Part shown: piece by piece, positions 1 to 13,556 of the stretch
Numbering within the stretch: the first letter of the stretch is position 1
How the letters are laid out: every line of letters begins with the position of its first letter
Assembly: GCA_025786725.1 (NCBI GenBank)
Contig: JAHLTZ010000013.1
Location: 434,001-498,000, forward strand
Reading direction: 5' to 3'
From: Syncephalis fuscata S228
Taxonomy: Eukaryota > Fungi > Zoopagomycota
DNA length: 64,000 nucleotides
The notes under the pieces: generated by a model
What the model was told of the DNA's origin: nothing
Databases searched by the model: none
What the model saw: only the letters and a program-made list of their open reading frames with translations
Program-made: the position numbers and the translations under genes

Positions 1-269
1 GTTTGGATATATTTGGTAGGTTAATGAATGCCAATGTATCGCTATTTTTTGTATTAATTTAAAAATATGTAACCTATTATAGGAATATTACATTGATAAC
101 GATATTCTCGGTCAGCATTATCATTACATATACGCTTCGATGGTCATTTCCCAAGAAAAAACCAGATTCAATACAAATTGTAGTGTCAGAACCAGCCACA
201 TCAGCACAATTCACACCAGTTGTGTTACCAAGCGATAATAAACACCCGCATACATTGCCTGCAATGTGA
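1..269 (+). CDS. 3' end (partial) of a DUF4436-like membrane protein, tandem paralog of 5181-6496
   Basis: 1-250 closely matches 6228-6480. Intron 16-82 (GTAGG...TAG); last exon reads W|NITLITIFSVSIIITYTLRWSFPKKKP...PAM* (TGA 267-269). The minus-strand ORF 77-280 is its shadow. Confidence 0.75.
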
Positions 270-514
270 TCTATACTCAAATAAAACTTATTATCATAAG
301 ATTGGTATTAGCCTGGAATGTGTTATATATTGTTTATTATAAAACAATTATAATGTAATTTGTAACCAATTAAACATAATGACAAAGTATAGAAACATTA
401 AGTGTATTGTTAATGTTATTAACCATAATACGATGCAAGTATTAATGTTTATAATAATTTATAATTATTTATTTATGCCAGGTTTATTAAATAATTTATT
501 AAATAATTTAATGT

Positions 515-1500
515 GACTTGATGGCCAAATGACCACAATTAATAATATTCAATCTACTGAACATGATGATGGGTGGTAAGCGACATCAATCATCAAATAT
601 TCATCATTGTAGATTCATTATCCAATATGCATATATCATCACAGTATGTGTTATTACTATATATACCCGTCATTTTGTTTGAGTAGCATTAAAATCATAA
701 CTAATTGCCATGATCTAGTTTATTTATAAATAATCTTAATAAAACATAACCCGTTCATATCCATATTATCTGTTTTACCAATATAACTCAGTGAACAAAC
801 TAGGTATGATATGTCAATTTTTATTAATAAAAGAGTTGGAACCAAATAGACAACGGCTATAGACAGCGCATAGCCAATATAAAATAAAATAATAAGCATT
901 ATAATGGATATGCAATATTGAACGAGATTAGCTATGTCAAAGTTATTGGGCATATATGCATGCTCAAGCTGATTGACATTAGTTGAGATTTGTTCATAAT
1001 AGTGCTAGAACAAAAATAAAAAAGTTTTGGGTAGAACAAGGGTAGGCGAGTATAGAATAGTATATAAAATGATAAATGTACGGTGAGGAAACATATAAAA
1101 CGATGTTGAAGTTATAGCGCATATAGCATAATGAGGGGAATGAGTAGAGTGTGTTGAACATATAAACAATAGAATGTGTCTAGTATATCATAGAATGATG
1201 TATATTAGTGTGGAATAGAATAGAAATGATACATATGGATATAGGATATATGTGTACTGAATATATGCATACTGGATAATGAATCTATGATGATAAGTAT
1301 TTGATGATTGATGCCACTCACCACCCACCATCATGCTCAATAGGTTGAATGTTATTAAATGTAGTCATTTGACCATTAAATCACACTGTGATATGCTGAT
1401 TTGTCTATTTAATAAAACTTACCACTTGTCTCTATGTTCAATAGATTAAATATTTAGTTCAATTGCGCAAATATTATTAAGAATAGTCATTTGACCCCCA
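515..1500. repeat. Inverted pair of the dispersed head + ~165-bp satellite repeat family (short + copy ~515-660, long - copy ~720-1500)
   Basis: 555-660 (gaacatgatgatgggtggtaagcgacatcaatcatcaaatat...tagattcattatcca) is the approximate reverse complement of 1230-1345. Both match 20870-21210 and 36750-37100. Confidence 0.75.
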
Positions 1501-2300
1501 AATTATAATTATATTGCCAATACATTGTTAATAAAAGACAAATCGTTTTAATTATTGCTGATTTAATTACATTGAATAGACTATACCAAATGTAACTTAA
1601 TTTGAATATATTCTTAAAGAATTATAATAGTATACAACATATTTTATTAAAAGCAAGTACAAATAAAGTGAGAATAGAACTAATTAAAGCGAAGTGACTA
1701 TTTGTTTGTTAGTATTTGGATATAGATATTAAATGATACTTACTTTTTTGGGCGCGTTTAGTTTTCTTCTTTTCTTCAAATGATTCAAAAGAGCGTAAGC
1801 GTTTTACGCCTTTTGGAATCAATAAGGCAACATTAAACGTTGCCGAGACCGCAGCCGATACATTTGCAGCCAACTTGTTAGATGGTGATGCTGCAACTGG
1901 ATGGCTGGATGTTGATACTACAGCTGACTGACTGTATGTCGTTAGTGCTATAGTTGGGATGGTGGATTTGAAGCTGTAGGAGTAGCAACAGCATCAGCAG
2001 CCACATCTTGAGCGCCATCTTCGCTGCAAGATGCTTCCTTAAACCATCCACTGTTTAAGGCTTCATCGATAGTACAGCGCTTGGTACTATCGATGGTAAG
2101 CAGCCCTTGAAGCAAATGTTTGGCTATAATAAAATTAGTATTGTCCGCTATTTAATGTATTGTTACTTACCGTCTTGACTTAAGTCTGGCCGATTAACAT
2201 TCGCCAGATCAAGTTTATTACTGAATACATCAGTAATATACGTGATATGGCTGCCGTTATTGTAAGGCAATTGATCTAAAAACATATATTAGCTATTACT
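1010..2300 (-). repeat. ~1.3 kb inverted duplication of ~19915-21210 (kinase 3' exons, 3' flank and repeat head)
   Basis: For example, 1741-1830 is the reverse complement of 20390-20480 and 2170-2300 of 19920-20050, with few differences. Confidence 0.9.
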
Positions 2301-2490
2301 ATTTAATATCTAAAGTATGCAATGTGTAATAATTATTGCTGTACTTACTGCAATGCACAATCTTGTTTGTGCGCATATGCTATTTAATGTTAATATCAAC
2401 ATATATAATATTAATGTGGCTTACCTGTACGATACTAAGCATTTGCTGAAAGATGTAGTCTTCTGGGTCAGTTTGAATAAAATCAGCTAA
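1684..2490 (-). pseudogene. Truncated, internally deleted CAMK-like kinase copy
   Basis: Last three exons match the kinase at 18839-20534. Upstream relic exons (2425-2487 DFIQTDPEDYIFQQMLSIVQ; 2347-2381 resembling AY-H-KIVHC) are present, but the DIK/DFG/APE exons are missing. Confidence 0.65.
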
Positions 2491-5180
2491 TTTTTTTATA
2501 GAAATATTGATTAACTTTATTAAAATATGCTGAAATGCGCTAATATTTATATAAAAGTATACAGAATGTCTAATGCTTTAAACGGCGTAGCACTGTAAAA
2601 TAATGAGAAAAAAGAGCACGTTTGCTTGAAAAGGTATTAGGTGATACGAGGGAACTGATTAATGTACAAGTAAGTACAGTTTATTTAGAAATTAGATTAA
2701 CAATTACAACGAATGACAAGAGCGAAAAGGTTAAAAGTAGAAAACACGTGATGCAATCATACTGTTAAGATAACGGATTACGATATATAGCATGCAAATT
2801 AATACTATATACAGTGATTTAAATATTGTTATGATAAGAAACGATAAGCTGCTAAAATTCAAAGTTGACAACAGGTCAAAGATGTCATCTATTACATTTA
2901 TTGTTTATTGCTTTTATCATTGTACAGCATCTATACTATTTTTTGATTGACTGTACTAATGGTTATATTTTGCTTACTAATTAGTAAAATTTCACATACA
3001 TTCAATAAATAGTGGGCATTTTAATAGATTCATTTTAATGGATCACTTGACATGAAGTATTTATTATTGCATTTATTATTATTTTCACTAATAGCTGTTT
3101 ATTTAGAAAATTTGAGTATACACACTTAAATTAATTTTTTTATATATAGTAATATAAATACTAGTCAAATATTAAGATAAATTTCTGTGTAAGCGGCAAA
3201 TAACGTCTGGAATATGGATAGAATGTATTTGTTTAAGATGCAACATTGTGAGAATTCAAACCATTTTATTACCATATTTAACAATGGCATTATTTAATTA
3301 CTTCTTTATTTATATGCTGTTTTTACAAGGTACTTTTATACTCCTAAACCAAACAAAAAACTGTAAACATTTTTATATTATTTACAATAGATAGCAACGG
3401 TTGTTTTACTTTTTAAATAATCTGATTGTTTAAAATTGTTAAAATTTCACGCTGCATCACATGATTACATTCATAAGAGGACGCAACGAACTGTATAGCA
3501 CACAAGCCCATTACTCGGCTACATTCTATACAACTGGGTATAAATTAAGCATTTAACAATAAGTTATTAATTTGGTTTTTTATATAGCTGTATTGACATT
3601 ACGCCAATGTTAGACATTTTATTAATACTTTAGTATATTTTATTTATGAAAGATATCCGTTTTTTCTATTTGTATTTTTTGCCTAGTTTAATTTAGTCTA
3701 CTTCTTTTTGTTCATTACACACGTAGATACACATACAGATGCAGTAACTTTTTCACCATTATTGATACTTTTCTATTGATTGATAATGCTAATACATTTT
3801 AATAATTTATATCAGACCGGTAATTAACTGGTATGCTGTATCATATTAAATAAAAACTATTGGTATAAAATAAATATTAAATAAACTGGAATTTATAGAC
3901 GTTTTAAAAATGGTTTATACTGTTTATTATAAAATAATTATAGAAAGCTTGTAGCTACTCAAACACAAGAACATATTATAAATACATTGCTAATGAAACT
4001 GTCGATAATACTGTCTATAGATGTAACAATTAGTTGAACATTGTTATGATGTAAATAATGGCGGTAATATTATCAGCGTATTTATAATTATTTTTTATTT
4101 TTTGAATGGTTATAGAATATTATATTATTACTCCATGATGAGCAATATACAGTGTTTATTACATTTGTACACATAGCACTTCACTAAACATTTATCTTAT
4201 CATAGTGACCTTTGCTTAAATAGCATTTACAAATAAAACATATATACTATAGTATATAATGACATAATATATAATAAAGTGACAAATAAAGATTTGTAAA
4301 TAGCATAGTTGAAACTATAGTGTGCGCGATTCTTTAAATAAAATGAGCAAAAAAGTTAAGATTTGCAACCAATAAAACTAGCATCAAATAAACAGCAGTT
4401 TTAAATATAGTGACGCTAGTTAGGCATATAACAGTTAGAGAGAGGTGAATAAACATATAAAAGTATACGAATAGTTGCGCTAGTATTATGATGTGCATAT
4501 ATGCATAAGTCAATGTGCCTTAAATTAGAATAATAAAGCTTGCAGCAAAGGAACAACGACTTTGAATAGCGTCTTGCTATTATATGATGAAATGATGTAA
4601 AATATAACGATTATACAACAAGAAAAGCATAAATAGCAATGATAAGCATATGTATATATATATTATTATTATTATTATTTAATATAACAAAATAATTCAA
4701 TTTATATTGTACAATTAAAATGCTCACGCTTGTCATATTAATTGCAATTACATGGTGTGCAATCATTAGTAAATACTAGTCACGCGTACGTTGCCGCCTT
4801 TGTGTCTTATGACCAAAAATGATGCCCAACTTTTAGTCATGGCGTATTATTTTTGTGCGTTGCTCCCGACTTTTTTCGCCATTGAACCTTTGTAAGGCCG
4901 CATGCAATTCTTGCCTGTCGCTATTGCATTCAATATAAAACAGCACCGCGGAATCAACATACTTCATACATGTGTGTTCCTTTCTCACTCGCATGATTGA
5001 TATTAAGCATCTTGGCATCAGTAACAATTGTTTTTTGTTATCGATTGATACAATATTCACTATTCATTTGCAATCTACTCGTAACAAAGCCAATCAATAT
5101 TGTGACAATTGTTTGGCCAATCATTTGTACATCAATTTTAAATCCATTATACAGCCCACATTTAACCATTGAATATAGCC

Positions 5181-6496
5181 ATGTCGCTGGTGAAACGGAC
5201 AGCACGTTTTCTACGACGACATGATTATATACGTCGTGCGCTCTGGATGCTGTTGGTATGCGTTCTCTACGTTATCATTGTAGTACCCGTCTACGAAGCT
5301 TATAATGAAGAAAGCGTGCGCCGACGTGTTTCCGTCAACCGAGCTCCGCTTCTTGCGGATATGGAAAAGCTGGGACAACGTGCAGACCAACTTAATGTGT
5401 CAATCAGTGATTTGGTATATAATAATGATACGTCAATTTCAGAGGCTGAGGATTTCATCGATATTCTACTTCGGGCAACCGGAGCCGATTTCGCCAACAA
5501 CGTTTTAAAAGTGCGTGCATCATTTCTACCTGTGGGGACCTTTGCTCTTGACAATGCCACAATAACTCAAGGAGATATTCGTGGTGCTGTAACAAAGTCT
5601 TTGAAGAACGGTATTGTAGATGCAGAGGGTCTTACAGCGCCATCTGCTTTGGCTACGCCTGTAATTGTGACCCTTGGTACAACAACAATAAAGTTTCCGG
5701 CAAATCAAACAATGTAAGTTAATGGCAAACCATACCATAATGATTATAAATAACCGTTGACTCATTATATCTATTTAGGGAGAACCGCGATCTACAAATA
5801 CCATTCCAAAACGGAAATCAAGCAGCATACCACTTGACAAGTACCCGACATCTATCTTCATAAAAGTATATCGGGAACAAGGCAACGATACTACAAAAGC
5901 GTATTTTCCTGTACCCTTCCAGGCTCATTTTGACGGTGCCGTACAATCAATTAGCTTTCGAGCATTTGTAATTTACGACTCGGTCACTGAGGCGTCTTTC
6001 TTCATTCGGACCCGACGCACCACAACAACAGTGGTATTTTCTGTGTTCATTTGTGTGCTAATGTGGTTCCTTACCTTGGGCCTTGGTATTCTATGGATGC
6101 AGCTTGTCGTACGTGGCCGTGAGGTTGCTCCGCCACACATGTCGGTAGGTATAGCCCTTTTATTTGCACTGCCTGGTTTGCGTAATTCTCAGCCGGCCAT
6201 TCCGCCAGTCGGTGTAGCCAGTGATATGTTTGGATATATTTGGTAGGTTAATGAATGCCAATGTATCGCTATTTTTTGTATTAATTTAAAAATATGTAAC
6301 CTATTATAGGAATATTACATTGATAACGATATTCTCAGTCAGCATTATTATTACATATACGCTACGATGGTCACCTCCCAAAAAAGAACCGGATCCAGTA
6401 CAAGTTGCAGTGTCAGAGCCAGTGGCACCAGCACAAGCTACACCAGCTGTGCCACCAAGCGATAATAAACATCCAAATACACCGTTGGTAGTGTGA
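5181..6496 (+). CDS. DUF4436-like multi-pass membrane protein (3 exons; apparent 1-nt deletion at ~5830)
   Basis: ATG 5181; introns 5714-5778 and 6243-6309. N-terminal TM; YP(L)DKY motif restored by adding one C; C-terminal TMs with LLFALPGLRNSQPAIPPVG...D.FGYIWN, matching my recollection of DUF4436 (LFA...RN..PG.PP.G). Confidence 0.7.
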
Positions 6497-7289
6497 TTTA
6501 CAGCAGGCATTAAGTAACAAACCTAAAAATGGTGACTGTGCAGCTAGAGAAATAAAAAAAAACATTTTTTGTTTGCTCAATATTCCATGTTATCCACTGT
6601 TAATGTCGGTGATAAAAATGACTAGTCAATACGAACTTTACATTATAATAATGTGTTGTATTAGCTAGTCACTGATATAAATTGTTAGTTAAATAAAACT
6701 TATTATCATAAGGTTGGTGTTGGTTTGGAATGTGTTCTATATCGTTTATTATATAACAATAACAATGTCCAAATTATTTATTTATGCCAAATTCGTTAAA
6801 TAGTTTATTACAATTTAGTGGTTTGTTTTGGTGGTCAAATAACTAAATTTAATAACATTTAATTTATTAAACATGATGATGGACGGTGAGTGACATCAAT
6901 CATCAAATATAATGGTTTAAATACTCTACAGCAACAATTATAATATGAATTGACATTACTATTAATATTATTTATTTATTAACTGACTATAATAAACCAT
7001 AATGATGAATTTAATATTACTACCGCACATTATGATTCTCATATATACATTAGTACATATGCTAGCACATGTATTAGTATACAGTCTATATGCTGCCAAA
7101 ATCATTGCATTTGTTGTTTTGCCTTAGTTCGTCATTACATATCGTACCAACAGCAGATTATAGAGTCTCTGTAGTAGCAGATCACGTTGCCACTCTTGAT
7201 ATTGCACATGCTGTTGCTAGATAAACTACAACGGCATTTTATGGCAAGAATAGAATATACAACAAGACTTTCATGCATATATTTAACAC

Positions 7290-7720
7290 AGCAGAAACAA
7301 GACCAAAAATGCACTTACCGTGTTGAAAAAGCTTATAATACAAATTATCAGAGTGATGATTTGCAAAAAAGGGTCAGATTACAAAAGAGTAATGCAAGGA
7401 CATAGTGTAGAAGGTGTATATACTTGACTATTAGTCAATCAAATACTAGCACTATCTATGTATAATATATAGAGTGTAAAAGTATATGGTATGGATATAT
7501 GTTGTCAAGTGTAAAGAAAGAGAAAGGAAATGTGATGAGGTAGATTGTGAGATGTGAGCCTGTCAGCCAATATTTATAAACTGCCGAGTTTAATTCATTA
7601 ATAAATGCAATGTGAAATAATAAAAGTCAATCTACCCAACATGTTGATACATCATAGAACAGATTAACAGTAAAGGAATAAATGCATTGAGAATAAAAGT
7701 AATTTACCCCCAAAACTACT
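7290..7720. repeat. Dispersed ~430-bp repeat, copy 1 (copy 2 at ~16190-16590)
   Basis: Shared blocks aaatgcacttaccgtgt, catagtgtagaaggtgt, tacttgactattagtcaatcaaatact, gtagattgtgagatgtga, tgtcagccaatatttataaa and catcatagaacagattaacagtaaa. Confidence 0.85.
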
Positions 7721-7922
7721 CATTATTATAGAACATATATTCAGTATATTAAAAGATCAATTAAAAGAATAAAAATTATTTTATTATTAAAACTAATTAA
7801 TATCATTATCATAAAACACTTTGTATACACTAATAATAAAATAAATGATTAAATATTGTATTGTGTTGTGCATATCCTATTAGATTCATTACTAGTAATA
7901 AATAATGGTCGTAATAACTAGT

Positions 7923-9852
7923 CTACTGGCTATTGCAGTCAGCAGGTACGGTAAAGTCTTCAGTGACTGGACCAAAGCCTTCCGAGATGGCTTTTACACC
8001 TACACCACGTTTGGCAAACGCAGCCCAAATAGCACACTTGTGTTGACCTTTAGTCAGTAGTAATTCCGCTTGGATAATAGCATCACGGCCTGTAATAAAC
8101 GTTGGATTACAAGGCTGTAGCTTCATCGCACTAACTACAATCAATAACGCCAGCGTATTGCCTTTAGTTATATTGGCCGATTTTCTAACATTATCAAAAC
8201 CAAGCTTGGCCACCAAATTTAAAAACATTTCATATAAAATGTTGCCCCAAATAACACCAGATTGATGGGACGCTTGCCAATCATCGCGGTTGATATAGGC
8301 ATAGGTCGTTGGATTGGCCTTCATATCCGGCGTGTAATCAAAGGCTCGAATACTTTCACTGTTGACATAATCACCAAGTCGCATACTTGTTTTATTCGCG
8401 CTTGTAGCTGCAGTCGATCGAACCCAGATGGCAAAGAAATCGCCCCATCCTTCGCCCATACCGCTAGATTCTGATGCGAACAAACAGTCGGTATTAAGTG
8501 GGCCACCAGTCAATCGATTTGAAATGCCGTGTGTGTATTCGTGTACCATAATATCGTTTTCAAGTGCGCCATCGCGGCGTGGGTCTGCGCGGTTCCAAAG
8601 ATACATACGCATCGTTGGCTGCTCACCATCCGGTGGTGTGTAGAATTCGGCATTGTTTTCACTAACCGGATCTTGCGCATAAGCAATAACTCGATCGTTA
8701 CCGAGACCGCCCTTGCCATAGTTATCTTTTGGAAATTGCCGGCGGCTTCATCAAAGCCATAATGATAGGATAAGTCATGCATCATATTGTTCATATAAAA
8801 TAAATTTGTAACTGAAGCTTCGCTATAATTTGATGGATCTTTCGTTAAATCTATAGGATAGGAAAAGTTGCCATTGGTCGCCATTGGCTGAACAGCTGCA
8901 ACTGTCTCATCATCTTCAGTTGGAACACTGGCTTCAACGTTATTACCACGTGTAGTTGAATTGGTCGCCGAGTCTGACTCGAGCCAGCCTTGTGGCGATG
9001 CCATTTTGTCCTCTGGATTAATTAGCAAATAACGGCCATTCGTTTTGATATCTTTGTCACCCATTTTAACAACGGTAAACATTGCTGGCGATACCCAATC
9101 GGAAAGTGATAGCAATGTTTGACCATCAGCCGAAACATGAGCATGGAAATAATTGTACTCGAGTCGAACAAAAAACTCCCAAGTCGGTTCGAGACGGCCA
9201 TCTTTCGTATGAATATAGGACTGTTGTACACGAACGGGTGCTTTAACCGTAAATGGAAGGTTACGCAATTTGAATTGCGGCTTCGACGTATCGGACGTTG
9301 TGTGTATTGGTTCTTCAATAACTTTGCTTACATCATTAGGCATTTTGATGTAAGTAGCAAATGTACGGAAGGCATCGCGTGGCGGTACAAAGCTGTCGAA
9401 CTAGGACCAATCCATAAGTGTAGCTTTGTAGCATCGCTGGTTCGGTAGAAAGCATCACTAAACGCAATGACTCGATTGCTGGCATCGACGTGCACAGCAA
9501 TATCGCCATTCGTTACCTCTACACCCTTAACAACTTGACGGAAATAGAAGTGATTAACGTTAAGTGAAGGTGTACGATAGGCATTTTTGATAACAAATCC
9601 ATCTTTAATAACGCCCAAATGTCGACGAATAAACTGAATGGCAGCCTCTTTTGGATCAGATGCTGGTGCAAACTGAGTTGCTGTTTTTTTAAGTCGTGGT
9701 GAGGAGGTTATAGCTTCAAATTTTGACTGTGGGCCAGGCCGGATCATCGATACGTTAATACGTTCGCATTGCACGGTCATCGGCTCTGTCATACTGACAA
9801 CCACCATCATGACAAGAGCCGACAAAAGAAACAAGTTACACGTTATACGCAT
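7923..9852 (-). CDS. Secreted M36 fungalysin zinc metalloprotease (intronless; two apparent 1-nt deletions at ~9385 and ~8725)
   Basis: Signal peptide; FTP propeptide (HFYFRQVVKGVEV.NGDIAVHVD); TTRGNNV, TNLFYMNN.MHD..YHYGFDEAAGNFQ, RMYLW...P.RDGALENDI..HEYTHGISNRLTGG, EGWGD, LQPCNPTF..GRDAI, IWAAFAKRG.G. ORFs 9328-9852, 8510-9343 and 7923-8612 join by single-base corrections. Confidence 0.92.
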
Positions 9853-9930
9853 GGTGTCGTTAAAATAAGTGGAATAATTAAAAGACTTTGATTAGAATGC
9901 CAATAAGCGTAGCATCAAAAGTGTTGTTAA

Positions 9931-10062
9931 TTTCGTAAATCAATTTCGTCCAGAATGTAAGAATAAAGTGTGAGTTATTTCGTAAATCACTATCGTCCAG
10001 AATGTAAGAATAAAGCGTGAGTTATTGCGTAATCAATACGGCCAAGCTATAAGAATAGAGCG
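9931..10062. repeat. 47-bp tandem repeat (2 near-identical + 1 degenerate copy) just upstream of the fungalysin ATG
   Basis: tttcgtaaatca.t.tcgtccagaatgtaagaataaag.gtgagtta at 9931 and 9978; degenerate third copy at ~10025. Confidence 0.85.
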
Positions 10063-11175
10063 TTAAACGGGAAGAAAGAAAATGAAAAGAAGAGTCAATT
10101 GCTACATAGAGGACACGCGACCTATTGTCTACAATTAAATAGATAAAAATATTTGAAACAAACACACGAGGGCATGTTTGAAAGCTTTATCATTGACAGA
10201 TAAAAAAAATCCGGTTTGCAAGTCATCAGACAACAACGTTAATTTACTGTGCATATTCATTAATGTCAATACTTTAACGCGTGATCTGTCATGCGACAAT
10301 GACTCCAATGCAGCGTCATGCCAAGCATAAATAAAGAAATCAAAAGTGCTTTATTGCAATACAATGTATTTGTTAATTAACTATAAGCGCTAATATGAAA
10401 ACTGTAATGCTAATAATGGTAATAATACGACCATTAATGTATTAATACTGCCAAGGTCAGCAATAAAATGGATCATTGTTTCATTTTATTGCCAATCTCA
10501 TACTAATAAACGCCATTTTTTTGTTTAAATATACATAACCTGGTAATTGGTCCAGTGATCTATCCGTATCTCATACACTGTATGGAAAACACAATAAAAG
10601 TTTCATTAACGAAGAACCATTCAATCATCTTTTATGAGGTGTTACATATGCCGATACCATCTGACCACGGTCACTTTACATGCCGAGCACGTGGTGTTGG
10701 CCACCTTATTCGCATGTGTGAGTGTAGGCGAGAACGGTAGATAGCTTGCCGTTTTTTTATTTGTTTTATGTAGATATTGCTTGGACGCCGAGTAACATCC
10801 GATGAAAGGCAAATTTAATGACAATCACGGCTAGAACAATAGAAAGTATCGGATCTAACAGCGGAGTTACCAATACAGGGATAATAAATAAATAGATTGA
10901 ATTTATTAGGATGTTAGCTGAACACAGATACACATACATAAAGAGTACACGTACACACACCCCACCCACCCACACTTATAGCTTATCTATTCTGATTGCT
11001 TTTCTTACAGCCTGTTGCTTTCTTTTATTGCATGAAACATCATTATTACGCTTTACTGCCATAGTAATAACTGGTGCTGTAACTGTTATTGGTCGCCTAT
11101 AGTCCTCTTTTGTAGTTGCTACACTGTTTCTTTAACATTGTCTACTCTCCATTACTGTAGTTAGTTTGCAGCAAT

Positions 11176-13556
11176 ATGGTGGTCGCTGCGAAAGAGCATT
11201 TAGCGGCCACGGACGCCTCGGCCAAGTCTTCGCTATCCGAATTCATGTGCGACTTTATTAGCTGGATACTTGGTCTTATTGTTACTATATTCTTTCGTGA
11301 AATCCGTACTCGTGGCTCACATAAAATTCCGCTTACTGGTCCGGTTATTTTCGTCGTTGCCCCTCATGCAAACCAGTTTCTTGATCCAATCATGGTGATG
11401 CGGTCGGTGCCACGTCGTGTTGGCTTTCTGTGTGCACAGAAAACCATGGATCGCAAGTATATTGGCAAACTAGCTACGGCAATGCAAGCCATTCCTGTAT
11501 CGCGGGCCCAAGATATGGCCCGTAAAGGATCGGGTCGTATACAGCTGCCTGATCGCTATGGCGAGCCAACACGCATCACCGGTGTTGGTACCAAGTTCAC
11601 TTCTCAATTACAAGTCGGCTGGACAGTTGCATTGCCACAGAATCGTGGTAGTGCCACAGTTGTGGAGATTATCAGTGATACGGAATTGCGTGTCAATAAG
11701 GAATTTAAGGAATTGGCAGCACTCGAGTCGCTTACTTCGCCGAATGGCACACCATACAAATTTATGCCACACGTTGATCAATCTGAAGTTTATCGTCGTG
11801 TTCACGAACAGCTAACGGGCGGTGGCTGTATTGGTATCTTCCCTGAAGGTGGCTCGCATGACCGTGCTGAAATGCTACCGCTTAAGGCGGGTGTCACTAT
11901 TATGGCTCTTGGCGCTATGGCTGCCTATCCAGGTCTTGATGTCAAAATTGTACCTGTTGGTCTAAACTACTTTCATCCAGATCGTTTCCGTTCTCGAGCT
12001 GTGGTTGAATTCGGCAATGTTATTACAGTGGATCCATCGTTGGTTGAGCGATTTAAAGAAGGCGGTGAACGAAAGCGTGAAGCATGTGCTCGACTACTCG
12101 ATACTATCTATACAAGTCTAAAGACCGTAACGGTAAATTGTCCAGATTACGAAACGTTAATGGTCGTGCAAGCAGCCCGTCGTCTCTATCAGCCACCGGT
12201 TAAGCGCCGTCTACGCGACACTGCTCGAGTACTGCGTCTACAGCGCCGTCTTGTTGAAGGCTATCTTGAAATGAAAGACCATCCAGCGGTAATTGCCGTA
12301 CGTGAACGTATTCTTGAGTATAATAAGCTATTAAGCTATTACGGCTTACGTGACCATCAAGTACGCAATACAACCTCGACTTTTCACGGGCCTTCCAGCT
12401 ATGGGCCTGGCGACTAATAACCATTGTACTTATGACTATCGTTGTACTACCGGGCTTGCTTATTAATTTGCCTTGGCTATTACTCGCTTCTATTATTAGT
12501 AAGCACAAGGCTAAAGAAGCACTAGCTGCATCTACAGTGAAGATTAAGGGACGCGATGTGCTTGCTACGTGGAAGGTTATGGTTGCTTTGGGCCTAGTGC
12601 CTATATCCTATCTATTCTACGCTGGATATATCTTTGTCAAGGCCATTCGATGGGGCTGGCCACTTGATTGGCAATTAGGTGCACCTATTCTGGCACTGTG
12701 GGCCCTGCCTATCATTTCCTATCTATCTGTTTTATTTGGTGAACGTGGTCTGGATATTTATCGCTCATTGCGTCCACTTACCTTAGCATTACTGCCTATT
12801 GGTCGTGAACAATTACGCCAGTTGCCAATTATGCGTGAAGAACTATCACGGGATATCACTGCATTGGTTAACGAACTTGGGCCGCAAGTCTTTCCAGAAT
12901 TTGATGTGGAGCGCGCCTTTGATCCAAATAGCAGCACTGAACGCACTAAACGTCGTAACCGTATTCGTGGCCGTAACTCTGAAGATTACGACGAAGGTTC
13001 GGAGACGGGTGGTGCCAGTAGTGAAGGTATTAGCGGCGCAACTACACCGGGTCTTGTTTCATTACGTGGATGGATTAAATCACCGCTTGAGTTACTTGAT
13101 GGCAGTAACTTTGACTGGGGCAGTATGGATGATAAAGAAGATCAAGAAGATGACGTGTTCTTCTTTGGCAGTCGAGCCAATTCGGCCGCTGTCACTCCCA
13201 ATCTACTTAGTAGAAATAGTAGTATGAGTGCAGCTGTTATAAGCACACCATCATCTCATTATCATCATGGCGATACGCTTACCGTACCTGGTATGTCAGT
13301 ATCATTATCGACATCACCAGCAACTGTGGATGAATCAACAAGTCACCATGAAACAAGTCCACCAAGTAGTCGCGGTTCAAATTCATTAACCAACACTACA
13401 GCTACAACTGATCAACATCAACAAAATAATGGTGATAGTAGCCCATCAACCACCGAAGAAAGCTTATATACAGTTGCTGCTACTGTGCCTATACAGGTAC
13501 CATCGACTGAGACATCTTCACCATCACCACCATTGCCGCCATCATCTGCACAATGA
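11176..13556 (+). CDS. SCT1: Glycerol-3-phosphate/DHAP O-acyltransferase (Sct1/Gpt2 type); apparent 1-nt deletion at ~12372
   Basis: APHANQFLDP (HxxxxD), GIFPEGGSHDR, KAGV.IMALGAMA, PVGLNYFH...FRSR, EALAAS.VKI.GRDVLATWK. ORFs 11176-12417 and 12432-13556 join if one A is added (aca aac ctc gac ttt...). Confidence 0.9.

Noticed and set aside
10531-10565. ATACATAACCTGG resembling the U1 snRNA 5' end
   Set aside because: It mismatches ATACTTACCTGG in the splice-site-pairing bases and lacks the U1-70K loop (GATCACGAAG), U1A loop and Sm site.
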